Origin: an uncultured Acidobacteriota bacterium
Lineage (GTDB): Bacteria; Acidobacteriota; Thermoanaerobaculia; UBA5066; Gp7-AA6
Direction of reading: 5' to 3'
DNA length: 64,000 nt
Assembly (NCBI GenBank): GCA_963764715.1
Contig: CAVXTP010000022.1
Location: forward strand, 160,001 to 224,000
Shown here: piece by piece, positions 9,470-18,855 of the stretch
Layout: each line of letters opens with the position of its first letter
Position numbering within the stretch: the stretch's first letter is position 1
Position numbers and translations under genes: made by a program
Notes under the pieces: model-generated
Database searches by the model: none
Seen by the model: the letters and a program-made list of their open reading frames with translations, nothing else
Told to the model about the DNA's origin: nothing

Positions 9470-10660
9470 ATGCATATCAACGATCTGCTGAAGATTGCAG
9501 TCGAGCGGAAGGCGTCCGACCTGCACCTGAAAGTCGGCGCGTTTCCCGTCATCCGCATCGACGGAACGCTCATTCCGCTGGCGGACATGCGGCGGCTGAT
9601 GCAGGAAGACACGATCGCAATGGCCTTTTCGATCATGTCGGCCCGGCAGAAAGAGAAGTTCAAGAACAATTTCGAGATCGACATCGCGTACAACGTCCCG
9701 AACCTGGGACGCTTCCGCTGCAACATCTTTCAGCAGCGGGGCACCGTCGGCCTCGTGCTCCGCGTGATCCCGGCCAAGATCCTGTCGATCCGGGACCTCC
9801 TCCTGCCGCCGGTCCTCGAGAAGATCTGCCAGGAGCAGCGGGGCCTGGTCCTCTGCACCGGGACGACCGGTTCGGGCAAGTCGACGACGCTCGCGGCGAT
9901 GATCGACCACATCAACACCACCCGCAACGAGCACGTGATGACGGTCGAGGACCCGATCGAGTTCCTGCACCGCGACAAGAAGTCGATCGTCAACCAGCGC
10001 GAGGTCGACGTCGACACCAAGGGCTTCTCCGTCGCGCTGCGCAGCGCCCTGCGCCAGGACCCCGACGTCATCCTCGTCGGCGAAATGCGCGATTACGAGA
10101 CGATCGAGACCGCGTTGACGGCGGCCGAGACCGGCCACCTCGTCTTCTCGACGCTCCACACCCTCGACGCCACCGAGACGATCAACCGCATCATCGCGGT
10201 CTTCCCGCCGCACCAGCAGAAGCAGATCCGGCTGCAGCTCGGCGCGGTGCTGAAGGCCGCGGTCTCGCTCCGCCTCATGCCCCGGGCCGACGGCCTCGGC
10301 CGCGTGCCGGCGGCCGAGATCCTCATCCGGACCAACTACGTCCGCGAGTGCATCGAGAACAAGGAAAAGACGAAGTACATCAAGGACGCGATCCAGCAGG
10401 GAACGTCCCAGTACGGGATGCAGACGTTCGACCAGTCGCTCTACGGCCTCTACAAGTCGGGCCTCATCACGCTCGAAGAGGCGTTGAAGCGAGCGACGAA
10501 TCCCAACGAGTTCAAGCTCAAGATCCAGGGCATCCAGTCGACCTCGGACGTCGCCCGCGAGGAGATGGACGCGGCCCTCGAGACGCCCAACGACTTCAAC
10601 CCGCTCCAGGAGGAGTCGCCCTTCGACTTCTCCAACCAGACGCCCACGGGAAGAACCTAA
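9470..10660 (+). CDS. pilT: Type IV pilus retraction ATPase, PilT/PilU family
   Basis: ASDLHL, GTTGSGKST, EDPIE, RQDPDVILVGEMRD, AETGHLVFSTLHT, GMQTFDQSL. Confidence 0.93.
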   Translation: MHINDLLKIAVERKASDLHLKVGAFPVIRIDGTLIPLADMRRLMQEDTIAMAFSIMSARQKEKFKNNFEIDIAYNVPNLGRFRCNIFQQRGTVGLVLRVIPAKILSIRDLLLPPVLEKICQEQRGLVLCTGTTGSGKSTTLAAMIDHINTTRNEHVMTVEDPIEFLHRDKKSIVNQREVDVDTKGFSVALRSALRQDPDVILVGEMRDYETIETALTAAETGHLVFSTLHTLDATETINRIIAVFPPHQQKQIRLQLGAVLKAAVSLRLMPRADGLGRVPAAEILIRTNYVRECIENKEKTKYIKDAIQQGTSQYGMQTFDQSLYGLYKSGLITLEEALKRATNPNEFKLKIQGIQSTSDVAREEMDAALETPNDFNPLQEESPFDFSNQTPTGRT

Positions 10661-11152
10661 ACGGCGGGTCGCAGGTCACCTCCCCGGGAGCCCTCGTCCG
10701 CGGCGGCGGCCCGCGAGAGGGCCCTGCGCCTGCTCTCGATCCGCGCGCGGGGCCGCGCCGAGCTCGCGCGGGCGCTCGACGAGCGGGGCTTCGAGCCGGG
10801 AGCGGCCCGGGAAGCGCTCGATCGCCTCGCCGCGGAGGGGCTCCTCGACGACCTCGCCGCCGCGCGCTCGGCCGTCCGGACGCGCGGGACGCGTCACGGG
10901 CGCGCGCGGATCGAGCGCGAGCTCCGGGCCCGCGGCTTCGCGAAGGAGACGATCGCGGAGGCGTTCGCGGCCGAAGGCGCCGAGGACCGGGAAGACGCGG
11001 CTCTCCGGAAGGCGTTCGAGAGGCTCTGGAGCGCGCGCGCGGGCCTTGCGCCCGCGGTGCGGCGGCGCCGCGTGTTCGACGCCCTGACCCGGCGCGGTTT
11101 TCCGGCGGAGAGGATTTCTGAGATCATCCGGGGCTGGTATGAAGTCGACTGA
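10661..11152 (+). CDS. recX: Regulatory protein RecX (no canonical start codon; ACG directly after the pilT stop)
   Basis: Not in the ORF track. Manual translation ..ARERALRLLSIRARGRAELARALDERGF..LDRLAAEGLLDD..GRARIERELRARG..LTRRGF..YEVD*; lies between pilT and alaS. Confidence 0.85.
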   Translation, partial: TAGRRSPPREPSSAAAARERALRLLSIRARGRAELARALDERGFEPGAAREALDRLAAEGLLDDLAAARSAVRTRGTRHGRARIERELRARGFAKETIAEAFAAEGAEDREDAALRKAFERLWSARAGLAPAVRRRRVFDALTRRGFPAERISEIIRGWYEVD

Positions 11153-13820
11153 GGTCCGCGAGCGATTCCTGGCCTACTTCGAGGGCCGCGGCCACCGGCG
11201 CGTTCCCTCGTCCTCCCTGATCCCGGCCGAGGACCCGACCCTGCTCTTCGCCAACGCCGGGATGAACCAGTTCAAGGACGTCTTCACCGGCCGCGAGCGG
11301 CGGGACTACACGCGCGCGACGACCTCGCAGAAGTGCGTCCGGGCCGGCGGCAAGCACAACGATCTCGACAACGTGGGCTACACCGGGCGGCACCAGACCT
11401 TCTTCGAGATGCTCGGCAATTTCTCCTTCGGCGACTACTTCAAGGACGAGGCTATCCGCTTCGCCTGGGAGCTCGTCACGGACCGCGAACAGGGCTACGG
11501 CATCGACCCGGAGCGGCTGTGGGCCACGGTCTACACCGACGACGACGAGGCGGCGAACCTCTGGGCGCGGCACCTGCCGGCGTCGCGGGTCCTGCGCTTC
11601 GGGGCGAAGGAGAATTTCTGGGCGATGGGGGAGACAGGGCCGTGCGGCCCGTGCTCCGAGCTCCACTACTACCGGGGACCCGGCCTCGCCGGCAACACGG
11701 CCGACCGGGTCAACGGGCCGGGCGACGACACGCTCGAGATCTGGAACCTCGTCTTCATGCAGTTCGAGCGGGATGCGTCGGGCAAGATGACGCCTCTCCC
11801 GCGGCCCTCGGTCGACACGGGGGCGGGGCTCGAGCGGCTCACGGCGATCCTGCAGAACGTCAACAACAATTTCGACACGGACCTCTTCGCGCCGATCCTC
11901 CGCCGGATCGAGGCGATGTCGGGGCAGACGTACCGCGGGGGGATGGCCGCCGAGGATGCTCCGTTCCGCGTCATCGCGGACCACGTGCGCGCGTCGACGA
12001 TGCTGATCGCCGACGGCGCCCTGCCGTCCAACGAGGGCCGGGGCTACGTGCTGCGCCGCATCCTGCGGCGGGCGATGCGCTACGGCCGCCGGCTCGGCCT
12101 CGACCGCCCGTTCCTCCACGAGCTCGCGCCCACGGTCGTCGAGGGTTTCGCGGGCGTCTACTTCGAGCCGGATGCGGTCGCCTCCGTCGGCCGGACCGTC
12201 GCGGGCGTGCTCGCTCCCGAGGAGGAGCGGTTCGGCAAGACCCTCTCGGACGGCGCCGACCGCGTCGGCGAGGCCATCGAGCGGCTCCGCCGCGAGGGGG
12301 CGACCGCGCTCTCCGGCGACACCGTCTTCCGCTTCTACGACACCTACGGCATCCCCCTCGAGGTCATCGAGGAGATCGCCGGCGACGAGGGCGTGGCGGT
12401 CGACCGCGCGGGCTTCGAGGAATCGCTCGAGCGCCAGCGCGCGTCCTCGCGGGCCTCCCAGAAGTTCGACGCGGCCGACGCGTCGGTCTTCGAGCGCCTC
12501 GAGCTGCCCGAAGCGCACTCCGTCTTCCGGGGCTACCCGGAGCAGGACTTCGTCCGGCTCGCGGGCGCGCGCGTCGAGGCCCTGGTGCGGGACGGCCGGG
12601 AGGTGTCGCTGCTCGAGGCGGGCCAGAGCGGGGACGTGGTCACGGACCGAACGGTGTTCTACCCGGAAGGCGGCGGCCAGGTCGCCGACCGGGGCCGCTG
12701 GACCTGGGCGGGCGGAGAGGCCGAGGTCTCGGATGTCCAGAAGCCGGTGCCGAACCTGATCGCGCACCGCGTGACGGTCGGACGGGGGAGGCTCGAGCTC
12801 GGGCAGGTCGTCGACATGGAAGTGCCCGAGTGGACCCGCCGCCGGACGCAGGCCAACCACACCGGCACGCACCTGCTGCACGCGGCCCTCCGCAAGGTCC
12901 TCGGCCCGTCGGCCCGCCAGATGGGCTCGCTCGTCGCGCCCGACCGGCTGCGCTTCGACTATGCCGCCGCCTCGCCGACGACGCCGGCGCAGCTCGCCGA
13001 GATCGAGCGGCTCGTCAACGAGGAGATCCTCCGGGACCAGCCCGTCGCCAAGGAAGTCATGTCCATGGACGACGCGCGGCGGCGGGGCGCCGACATGTTC
13101 TTCGGCGAGAAGTACGGCGAGCGGGTGCGGGTCGTCGAGGTGCCGGGGTTCTCGACCGAGCTCTGCGGCGGATGCCACGTCCCGCGCACCGGCGAGATCG
13201 GCGCCTTCAAGGTCGTCTCCGACCGCGGCATCGCCCAGGGGCAGCGGCGCATCGAGGCGGTGACCTCGCTCGGCGCGGTCGAGCTCCTCTCGAAGGACGA
13301 GCGGATCCTGAACGACCTGGCGGCGTTCGCGCAGGTCGACCGCGACGCGCTCCCGACGAAGTGGAGCGAGCGCGAGGAGCGCGTCAAGGCGCTCGAGCGC
13401 GAGATCGCATCGCTCAAGCTCAAGCTCGCCTCGGGCGACTCCGGCGCCGAGGGCACGCGCATCGAGGTCGGCGGGATCCCGGTCGTCACGCGCGTGGTCG
13501 AGGGCCTGTCGATCCCGGAGCTGCGCAACCTCTCGGACACGCTGCGCTCGAAGGTCAAGAGCGGGGTCGTCGCGGTCGGCACGGTGGGGGACGGCAAGAC
13601 GTCGGTCATCATCGCCGTCACGCCGGACCTCGTGCGCCGGCTGCCGGCCTCGCAGATCGCCTCCCGGGTCGGCCGGGCCCTGGCGGGAAGCGGCGGCGGG
13701 AAGCCCGACCTCGCGCAGGCGGGCGGCAAGAACGCCGACCTCCTGCCGGCCGGGCTGAAGGCCGCGGCGGAGGCCGTGCGCGACCTCCTGGCCGAGCCTC
13801 CGCAGGTGGCGGCGTCCTGA
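11139..13820 (+). CDS. alaS: Alanine--tRNA ligase
   Basis: DPTLLFANAGMNQFK, TFFEMLGNFSFGDYFK, IWNLVFMQF, NHTGTHLLH, ELCGGCHV, GGGKPDLAQAGG. Confidence 0.98.
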   Translation: MKSTEVRERFLAYFEGRGHRRVPSSSLIPAEDPTLLFANAGMNQFKDVFTGRERRDYTRATTSQKCVRAGGKHNDLDNVGYTGRHQTFFEMLGNFSFGDYFKDEAIRFAWELVTDREQGYGIDPERLWATVYTDDDEAANLWARHLPASRVLRFGAKENFWAMGETGPCGPCSELHYYRGPGLAGNTADRVNGPGDDTLEIWNLVFMQFERDASGKMTPLPRPSVDTGAGLERLTAILQNVNNNFDTDLFAPILRRIEAMSGQTYRGGMAAEDAPFRVIADHVRASTMLIADGALPSNEGRGYVLRRILRRAMRYGRRLGLDRPFLHELAPTVVEGFAGVYFEPDAVASVGRTVAGVLAPEEERFGKTLSDGADRVGEAIERLRREGATALSGDTVFRFYDTYGIPLEVIEEIAGDEGVAVDRAGFEESLERQRASSRASQKFDAADASVFERLELPEAHSVFRGYPEQDFVRLAGARVEALVRDGREVSLLEAGQSGDVVTDRTVFYPEGGGQVADRGRWTWAGGEAEVSDVQKPVPNLIAHRVTVGRGRLELGQVVDMEVPEWTRRRTQANHTGTHLLHAALRKVLGPSARQMGSLVAPDRLRFDYAAASPTTPAQLAEIERLVNEEILRDQPVAKEVMSMDDARRRGADMFFGEKYGERVRVVEVPGFSTELCGGCHVPRTGEIGAFKVVSDRGIAQGQRRIEAVTSLGAVELLSKDERILNDLAAFAQVDRDALPTKWSEREERVKALEREIASLKLKLASGDSGAEGTRIEVGGIPVVTRVVEGLSIPELRNLSDTLRSKVKSGVVAVGTVGDGKTSVIIAVTPDLVRRLPASQIASRVGRALAGSGGGKPDLAQAGGKNADLLPAGLKAAAEAVRDLLAEPPQVAAS

Positions 13821-13881
13821 GGACGCGGGCCGTGACGCCGCGCACAGGCCGGGCGTCGGGGAACTTCCGAGGCCTCAGGCG

Positions 13882-13910
13882 TTTACCCGCCCCGGTCGGT
13901 CGGCTATAAT
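13882..13910 (+). promoter_or_regulatory. Putative sigma70 promoter of the lytic transglycosylase gene
   Basis: TTTACC, 17 nt spacer, TATAAT, 15 nt before the ATG. Confidence 0.6.
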
Positions 13911-13925
13911 TTTCATTCCCAATCC

Positions 13926-14621
13926 ATGAAGCTTCGAACGCTCCTCGCGCTGGGAGTGCTCGCCGGTTTTGCGCCGGCGGCCGGGGCCGAAGTGCGCGTC
14001 AAGGTCGAGTCCGGGCGGCACGTCATCTACAACGACGGTCCGGCCAAGCTCATGGCGAGCGAGGACTGGCTCGCCTCCCGCGTCCGGCGCGCCTCGCCCT
14101 TCGACGACCTGATCGAAGCCTCGGCCCAGGAGAACTCGGTCGACCCGAAGCTCGTCAAGTCCGTGATGCTCGTCGAGTCCGGCTTCAATCCCGCCGCGAT
14201 CTCCCGGAAGGGGGCGCGCGGCCTCATGCAGCTCATGCCCGCGACCGCGGCCGAGCACGGCGTCTCGGACGTCCACGACCCGAAGCAGAACATCGCGGCG
14301 GGCACGCGGTACCTCTCGCGGCTGCTGTCCTACTACGGCGGCGACCTCGTCAAGTCGCTCGCCGCGTACAACGCGGGCGAGGCGGCGGTCGACCGCTACG
14401 ACGGCGTGCCGCCGTACGACGAGACGCAGCTCTACGTGCGCAAGACCCTCGCCGCCTACTACGGGAAGTCGACGCTCGGCGGCGGCTTCGGCAAGCCCGC
14501 CACGCAGACCTTCCGCGGCATTCCGAGCTCCGAGGGAAAGCCCGTCCACTGGATGCGCGACGAGCGCACGAACCGCGTCATCCTGACGACGAAGGGCCGC
14601 GCTCCCCGCCGCCTCGGGTAG
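13926..14621 (+). CDS. Secreted SLT-domain lytic transglycosylase
   Basis: Signal peptide; VESGFNP, GARGLMQLMP, AAYNAG, PPYDETQ. Confidence 0.92.
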   Translation: MKLRTLLALGVLAGFAPAAGAEVRVKVESGRHVIYNDGPAKLMASEDWLASRVRRASPFDDLIEASAQENSVDPKLVKSVMLVESGFNPAAISRKGARGLMQLMPATAAEHGVSDVHDPKQNIAAGTRYLSRLLSYYGGDLVKSLAAYNAGEAAVDRYDGVPPYDETQLYVRKTLAAYYGKSTLGGGFGKPATQTFRGIPSSEGKPVHWMRDERTNRVILTTKGRAPRRLG

Positions 14622-14640
14622 CCGCGCGGCAGGGACGACC

Positions 14641-15945
14641 TTGGAGAACGCGGCCGGCGAACCATCCCCCGTCGATCAGGGGCTCTTTCTCCTGCACCTG
14701 AATCGCGCGCGGCGCGGCGTCCGCGAGAGCCGCCTGGAGGAGGCCTGGGAGGAGCTCGAGAAGGCCCGGAGCATCCGTCCCGGCGACGAGGACGTCCTGA
14801 ACCTGCTCTCCCTCCTCGAATTCAAGCGGGGTCACTACAACGAGGCGGCCAACGCCGCCCGCACGCTTCTCGCCGACAATCCCAGCTCCGAAGTCCTCCG
14901 CGCGAACCTCGGCCTGATTCTCTTCAAGGCCGGGTTCCTGGCGGAAGCGGAGCTGGAGTTGCGCAAGGCGATCGAGATGCGTCCCGGCCACCTGCGCAGC
15001 CACCTCTACCTCGGCCTCCTGTACCAGACGCGGGGCAAGCTCGGGCTGGCGCTCGAGCATCTCCGCGTCGCCGGCGCGCGGCGCCGCGTCGTCGAGATCG
15101 AGGAGGCGCTGCGCCGCAACAGCCGCGACGCCGCCGGCCGCCCGAGCCTCTCCGACACGGCCCCGACCTCGAGGCCGAACGTTCCCGAACCGTCGCCGGC
15201 GGCGCCCGCGGGCCCCCGCACGACCGTCGAGCGGCCGCTCGCCGAGCCGCCGGAGTTCCAGCCGGCTTTCTCCGAGGCCCCGGAGAAGGCGACGCCGATC
15301 GCGATCGGGGCGCCCGAGGCGCGGCCGCTCTTCAAGATCCGGGCCGAGGGCGGGCTCGAAGTCGCCTCGCGCGGAACGGTCTTCGTCCGGAAAGGCTGCG
15401 TCGCCTGGTACAGCGGGAAGCTGCGCTTCGCGCCGCTCCCCGAGTTCCGCGGGACCTCCCTCGAGCGGATCCTCCGCGCGAGCGGCGTCGGCGCCCTGCT
15501 GATCAACGATCCCGGCCGGCGCGCCTACCGGCGCGACCTCTCGGGCCAGACCCTCTTCGTCGAGGGCTCGCGCCTGCTCGCCCTCGACCACGGCCTGACG
15601 TTCCGGATCGATGCCATCCACGACTTCCGCCGCAACCGCCGGGTCGACGTGCTCCGCGTCCAGGGCCGCGGCAGCGCCATCTTCTCGGTCGGCGGACCGG
15701 TCCTCTCGCACGAGGTTTCGGCGGACTATCCGCTCTCGATCTCGTCGCGCGACCTCGTTGCCTGGTCGGGCGACCTCGTCGCCTCGGTGCTCGACGACGA
15801 CTTCCTCGAGGAGGTCATGCACGCCGACGTGGCGAGCCCTCCGAAGCTCCGCTTCGAGGGCGAGGGGACCGTCCTGACGGAGCCGCCGCGGCCGCGGCGC
15901 CGCGCCTCGGACCAGGACCGCCCGGTCGACCAGCGGCGCGGCTAG
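14641..15945 (+). CDS. TPR + AIM24-like domain protein
   Basis: N-terminal TPR helices (NLGLILFK, HLYLGLLY), Pro-rich linker, C-terminal beta-rich AIM24-like region (LFVEGSRLLALD, VQGRG, DLVAWSG). Confidence 0.65.
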   Translation: MENAAGEPSPVDQGLFLLHLNRARRGVRESRLEEAWEELEKARSIRPGDEDVLNLLSLLEFKRGHYNEAANAARTLLADNPSSEVLRANLGLILFKAGFLAEAELELRKAIEMRPGHLRSHLYLGLLYQTRGKLGLALEHLRVAGARRRVVEIEEALRRNSRDAAGRPSLSDTAPTSRPNVPEPSPAAPAGPRTTVERPLAEPPEFQPAFSEAPEKATPIAIGAPEARPLFKIRAEGGLEVASRGTVFVRKGCVAWYSGKLRFAPLPEFRGTSLERILRASGVGALLINDPGRRAYRRDLSGQTLFVEGSRLLALDHGLTFRIDAIHDFRRNRRVDVLRVQGRGSAIFSVGGPVLSHEVSADYPLSISSRDLVAWSGDLVASVLDDDFLEEVMHADVASPPKLRFEGEGTVLTEPPRPRRRASDQDRPVDQRRG

Positions 15946-17366
15946 GCGCCGGACGGCGGCGCGCCGCTCACGAACCGCTTCAGGCGTTCCTCGGCCTCGT
16001 CGAGGATCGCCCGCATCGTCTTCCCCTCCTCGTGCTCGCAGTACAGCCGGACCATCGGCTCGGTGCCCGACAGGCGGTGGAGGAGCCACCCGCGCTCGCC
16101 GAAGACGTACTTGACGCCGTCGCGGTCGAGCACCGCCGTGACGGCCTCGCCCGCGACCGAAGCCGGCCGCGCGTCGCGGACCCCCTCGAGGTATCGGGCC
16201 ACGACCTCGACCGGCAGGCGCACGTCGCGCCGTCCGTACTCGAAGCGGCCGAACTCGGCGGAGAGCGCGTCGAGCGCCTGCCCGAGCGTCCGCCCGGACA
16301 CGGCGAGGCTCTCGAGCAGCAGGAGCGACGAGAGCACCCCGTCGCGCTCGGGCAGGTGGAAGCCGAACGCGTAGCCTCCGCTCTCTTCGCCGCCGGCCAC
16401 GGCCTCGCCCCGGTTCATCAGCTCCGCGACGTACTTGAAGCCGATGCCCGTCTCGATGAGGGGAACGCCGAGACTCCGGGCGATCCGGTCGATCTGGAAG
16501 GACGTCGAGAACGTCTTGGCGATTCCCCCGCGCAGGCCGCGGTGCCGGTAGGCGTGGAGGAGCAGGAGGGCGAGAACCTGGTGCGGCGAGACGAAACGGC
16601 CCGCCGCGTCGAGGACCCCGAGCCGGTCGGCGTCGCCGTCCTGGGCGACCGCCAGGTCGAGCTTCCCGGCGCGCACGCGGTCCGAGGCCGCCACGAGGTT
16701 CTCGCCGATTGGCTCCGGGTGCACGCCTCCGAACAGGGGGTCCCGGGTGGTCCGGAACGGTTCGACCCGCAGCCGCCCGCCCGAGAGGAGGTCCGGCAGC
16801 AGCGATCCCGCGGCCCCGTGCATCGCGTCGGTCAGGACCGCGAGCGAGGAGGCGCGGATCGCGCCGAGGTCGACGAGGTCGGCGAGCCTCCCGGCGTAGT
16901 CGCGCCGCAGGTCAGCGACCTCGATGCGCCCCGGCGTCGCGGCCCGGGGAAGCGGGCGATCGGCCTCGGCCGCCACGGCCGCGTACGTCTCGGGAGGGGC
17001 GCTGCCGCCGAAGTGGGCCTTGATCTTGAAGCCGTTGTAGTGGCCCGGGTTGTGGCTCGCGGTGATCGCGATCCCCGCCTTGAGCCCCAGCCGGCGCACG
17101 TGGAAGGACACCGCGGGGGTGGGAATCGGCCGGTCGGTCAGGAGGACGTCGACGCCGGCGTCGGCGAAGACCTCGGCCGCGGCGCGCGCGAACTCCGGCG
17201 AGAAGAAGCGGGGATCGTGCCCGACCACGATCCGCGAGGCGTCGCCGGGGCCCGTGTCCGCCGCGTACCAGCGCGCGGTGGCGCGCGCGATCCGGCGGAT
17301 CTCGTCGAAGGTGCAGGCGTCGGCGATGATGCCGCGCCACCCGTCGGTGCCGAACGCGATCGTCAA
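15942..17366 (-). CDS. Phosphoglucomutase/phosphomannomutase
   Basis: TTG start overlapping the upstream stop; FGTDGWRG, ITASHNP, DGDADR, GEESGG, RLSGTEP. Confidence 0.93.
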   Translation of the reverse strand: MTIAFGTDGWRGIIADACTFDEIRRIARATARWYAADTGPGDASRIVVGHDPRFFSPEFARAAAEVFADAGVDVLLTDRPIPTPAVSFHVRRLGLKAGIAITASHNPGHYNGFKIKAHFGGSAPPETYAAVAAEADRPLPRAATPGRIEVADLRRDYAGRLADLVDLGAIRASSLAVLTDAMHGAAGSLLPDLLSGGRLRVEPFRTTRDPLFGGVHPEPIGENLVAASDRVRAGKLDLAVAQDGDADRLGVLDAAGRFVSPHQVLALLLLHAYRHRGLRGGIAKTFSTSFQIDRIARSLGVPLIETGIGFKYVAELMNRGEAVAGGEESGGYAFGFHLPERDGVLSSLLLLESLAVSGRTLGQALDALSAEFGRFEYGRRDVRLPVEVVARYLEGVRDARPASVAGEAVTAVLDRDGVKYVFGERGWLLHRLSGTEPMVRLYCEHEEGKTMRAILDEAEERLKRFVSGAPPSGA

Positions 17367-18811
17367 CGCCCGCCCGCGGGAAGGACGCGGAACGCCGCGA
17401 GGCGGGCGGCGTCGTAGCCCTGGCGCTCGAGGAACTCGGAGGCCCGGGCGAACCGGAACCCGCGCTGCGCGAGGCCGTCGAGCAGCACGTCGATGCGGGC
17501 CGCCACCGGCTCCTCCCGGTCGCTGCCGAGGTGGAGCAGCACGATGCCGCCGTTCTCGGCGTGATGGACGAGACGGGACAGCAGGCGGTCGGCGGGCTGG
17601 TATCCCCGGGCCCGGGGGTCCGTGATCCAGTCGAGGCCGTCGAGCCCGGTCCGGCCGCCGGTCCAGCCGACGTGCCAGTAGCCCTGCTCCGCCGCCCAGC
17701 GCCGGATGTCGGCGTTGTGCTCGCCGAAGGGCGCCCGCCAGAGCGGCGCCATCGCGCGGCCGGTGGCCTCGCGGTAGAGCCGGGCCGTGCGCGCGAGCTC
17801 GCCGGCGAGGAACGCCCGATCCACTCCCGGCCGCGTGACCTGGCGGCCGTCGGCCGCGTAGGTCGTCAGGTGCGGGTGCGTGTCGGTGTGGTTGCCGACT
17901 TCGTGCCCGTCGTCGGCGATGCGGCGCGCGAGATCGGGATAACGTCGGATGAAATCGCCCGTCAGGAAGACCGTCGTCCGGATGCGTCGCCGCGCGAGCG
18001 CGTCCAGGATCGCGGCGGCGCCCCGGTCCGAGGAGCCGGCGTCGAACGACACCACGACTTCCTCCCGGTCGGACGGGCCGCGGGTCAGGTCCGGCGCGGC
18101 GGGGCCGCGCGACGGAGGGGGAGCGGGCGGAGGCGCGGCGGCCGCGACCTCCGGAGCCGGCGGGAGCAGGGGACGGGCGGTCGGGACCGGGGCGGAGGGA
18201 GCCGGCGCCGGCCGCCGGAGCGCCGCAACGGGCGCGGGGACGGCCGTCGGCACCGGAGCGGCGCGGGGCGCGGGGGTCGGAGCGTAGGCCGCCTCCGCGG
18301 AAAGCGACATCGCGCCGACGCGATAGGGCCCCTTTTCGCGGACCCCGTCGAATCGAAAGCGTCCGCCGTCGGCCGGCACGCTCGCGACGAAGCGGCCGCC
18401 GGCGAAGAGAAAGACGGCCGAGCCTTCCGGGGCCGTTCCCTCGAGGCGCGTCCCCGACGGGCCGTCCTGGACGGTGTCGAGCCTCGCCGACGGGGCCGGG
18501 CGCCGGGGCGGACCGGCCGGGGACGGTGTCGACAGCGAGTCGAGCTCGCGGACCGTCCGCAGGGCGAGGATCACGGGCGCCGAGGCCGCCATCGCCACCA
18601 GCGCCACGGCCACGCGGCCCGAGACCGGCCGCAGGAGCCTTTCCCGGACGGCGCGCCAGACGGCGTGCCGGCCGGCGTCCCGCGCGCAGCGGGTCGAGCA
18701 GTAGATGTGACCCCGCATGTGCACTTCGCACAGCCGGCAGGCCGGCGTGCGGCAGAAATGGCAGCTCTTGTGGGCCCGCCGGCCGGAATGGGTCGGGCAG
18801 GGAACGTTCAC
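17363..18811 (-). CDS. Membrane-anchored NodB-type polysaccharide deacetylase with N-terminal B-box-like Zn finger
   Basis: CE4 motifs SFDAG, GNHTDTH, WRAPFG, LDW, LLH; N-terminal Cys/His cluster, one TM segment, Pro-rich linker. Confidence 0.85.
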   Translation of the reverse strand: MNVPCPTHSGRRAHKSCHFCRTPACRLCEVHMRGHIYCSTRCARDAGRHAVWRAVRERLLRPVSGRVAVALVAMAASAPVILALRTVRELDSLSTPSPAGPPRRPAPSARLDTVQDGPSGTRLEGTAPEGSAVFLFAGGRFVASVPADGGRFRFDGVREKGPYRVGAMSLSAEAAYAPTPAPRAAPVPTAVPAPVAALRRPAPAPSAPVPTARPLLPPAPEVAAAAPPPAPPPSRGPAAPDLTRGPSDREEVVVSFDAGSSDRGAAAILDALARRRIRTTVFLTGDFIRRYPDLARRIADDGHEVGNHTDTHPHLTTYAADGRQVTRPGVDRAFLAGELARTARLYREATGRAMAPLWRAPFGEHNADIRRWAAEQGYWHVGWTGGRTGLDGLDWITDPRARGYQPADRLLSRLVHHAENGGIVLLHLGSDREEPVAARIDVLLDGLAQRGFRFARASEFLERQGYDAARLAAFRVLPAGGR

Positions 18812-18855
18812 CCGCCTATTATGGGGGAACGGGCATCCCGTATATTTGCCGCGCC

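Noticed and set aside
15942-18731. Apparent large fusions in the ORF track (also 20348-22375, 42262-45786, 49920-52874, 59053-62559)
   Set aside because: The N-terminal parts are off-frame read-ins; real starts lie downstream at overlapping stop/start junctions or SD/-10 signals.
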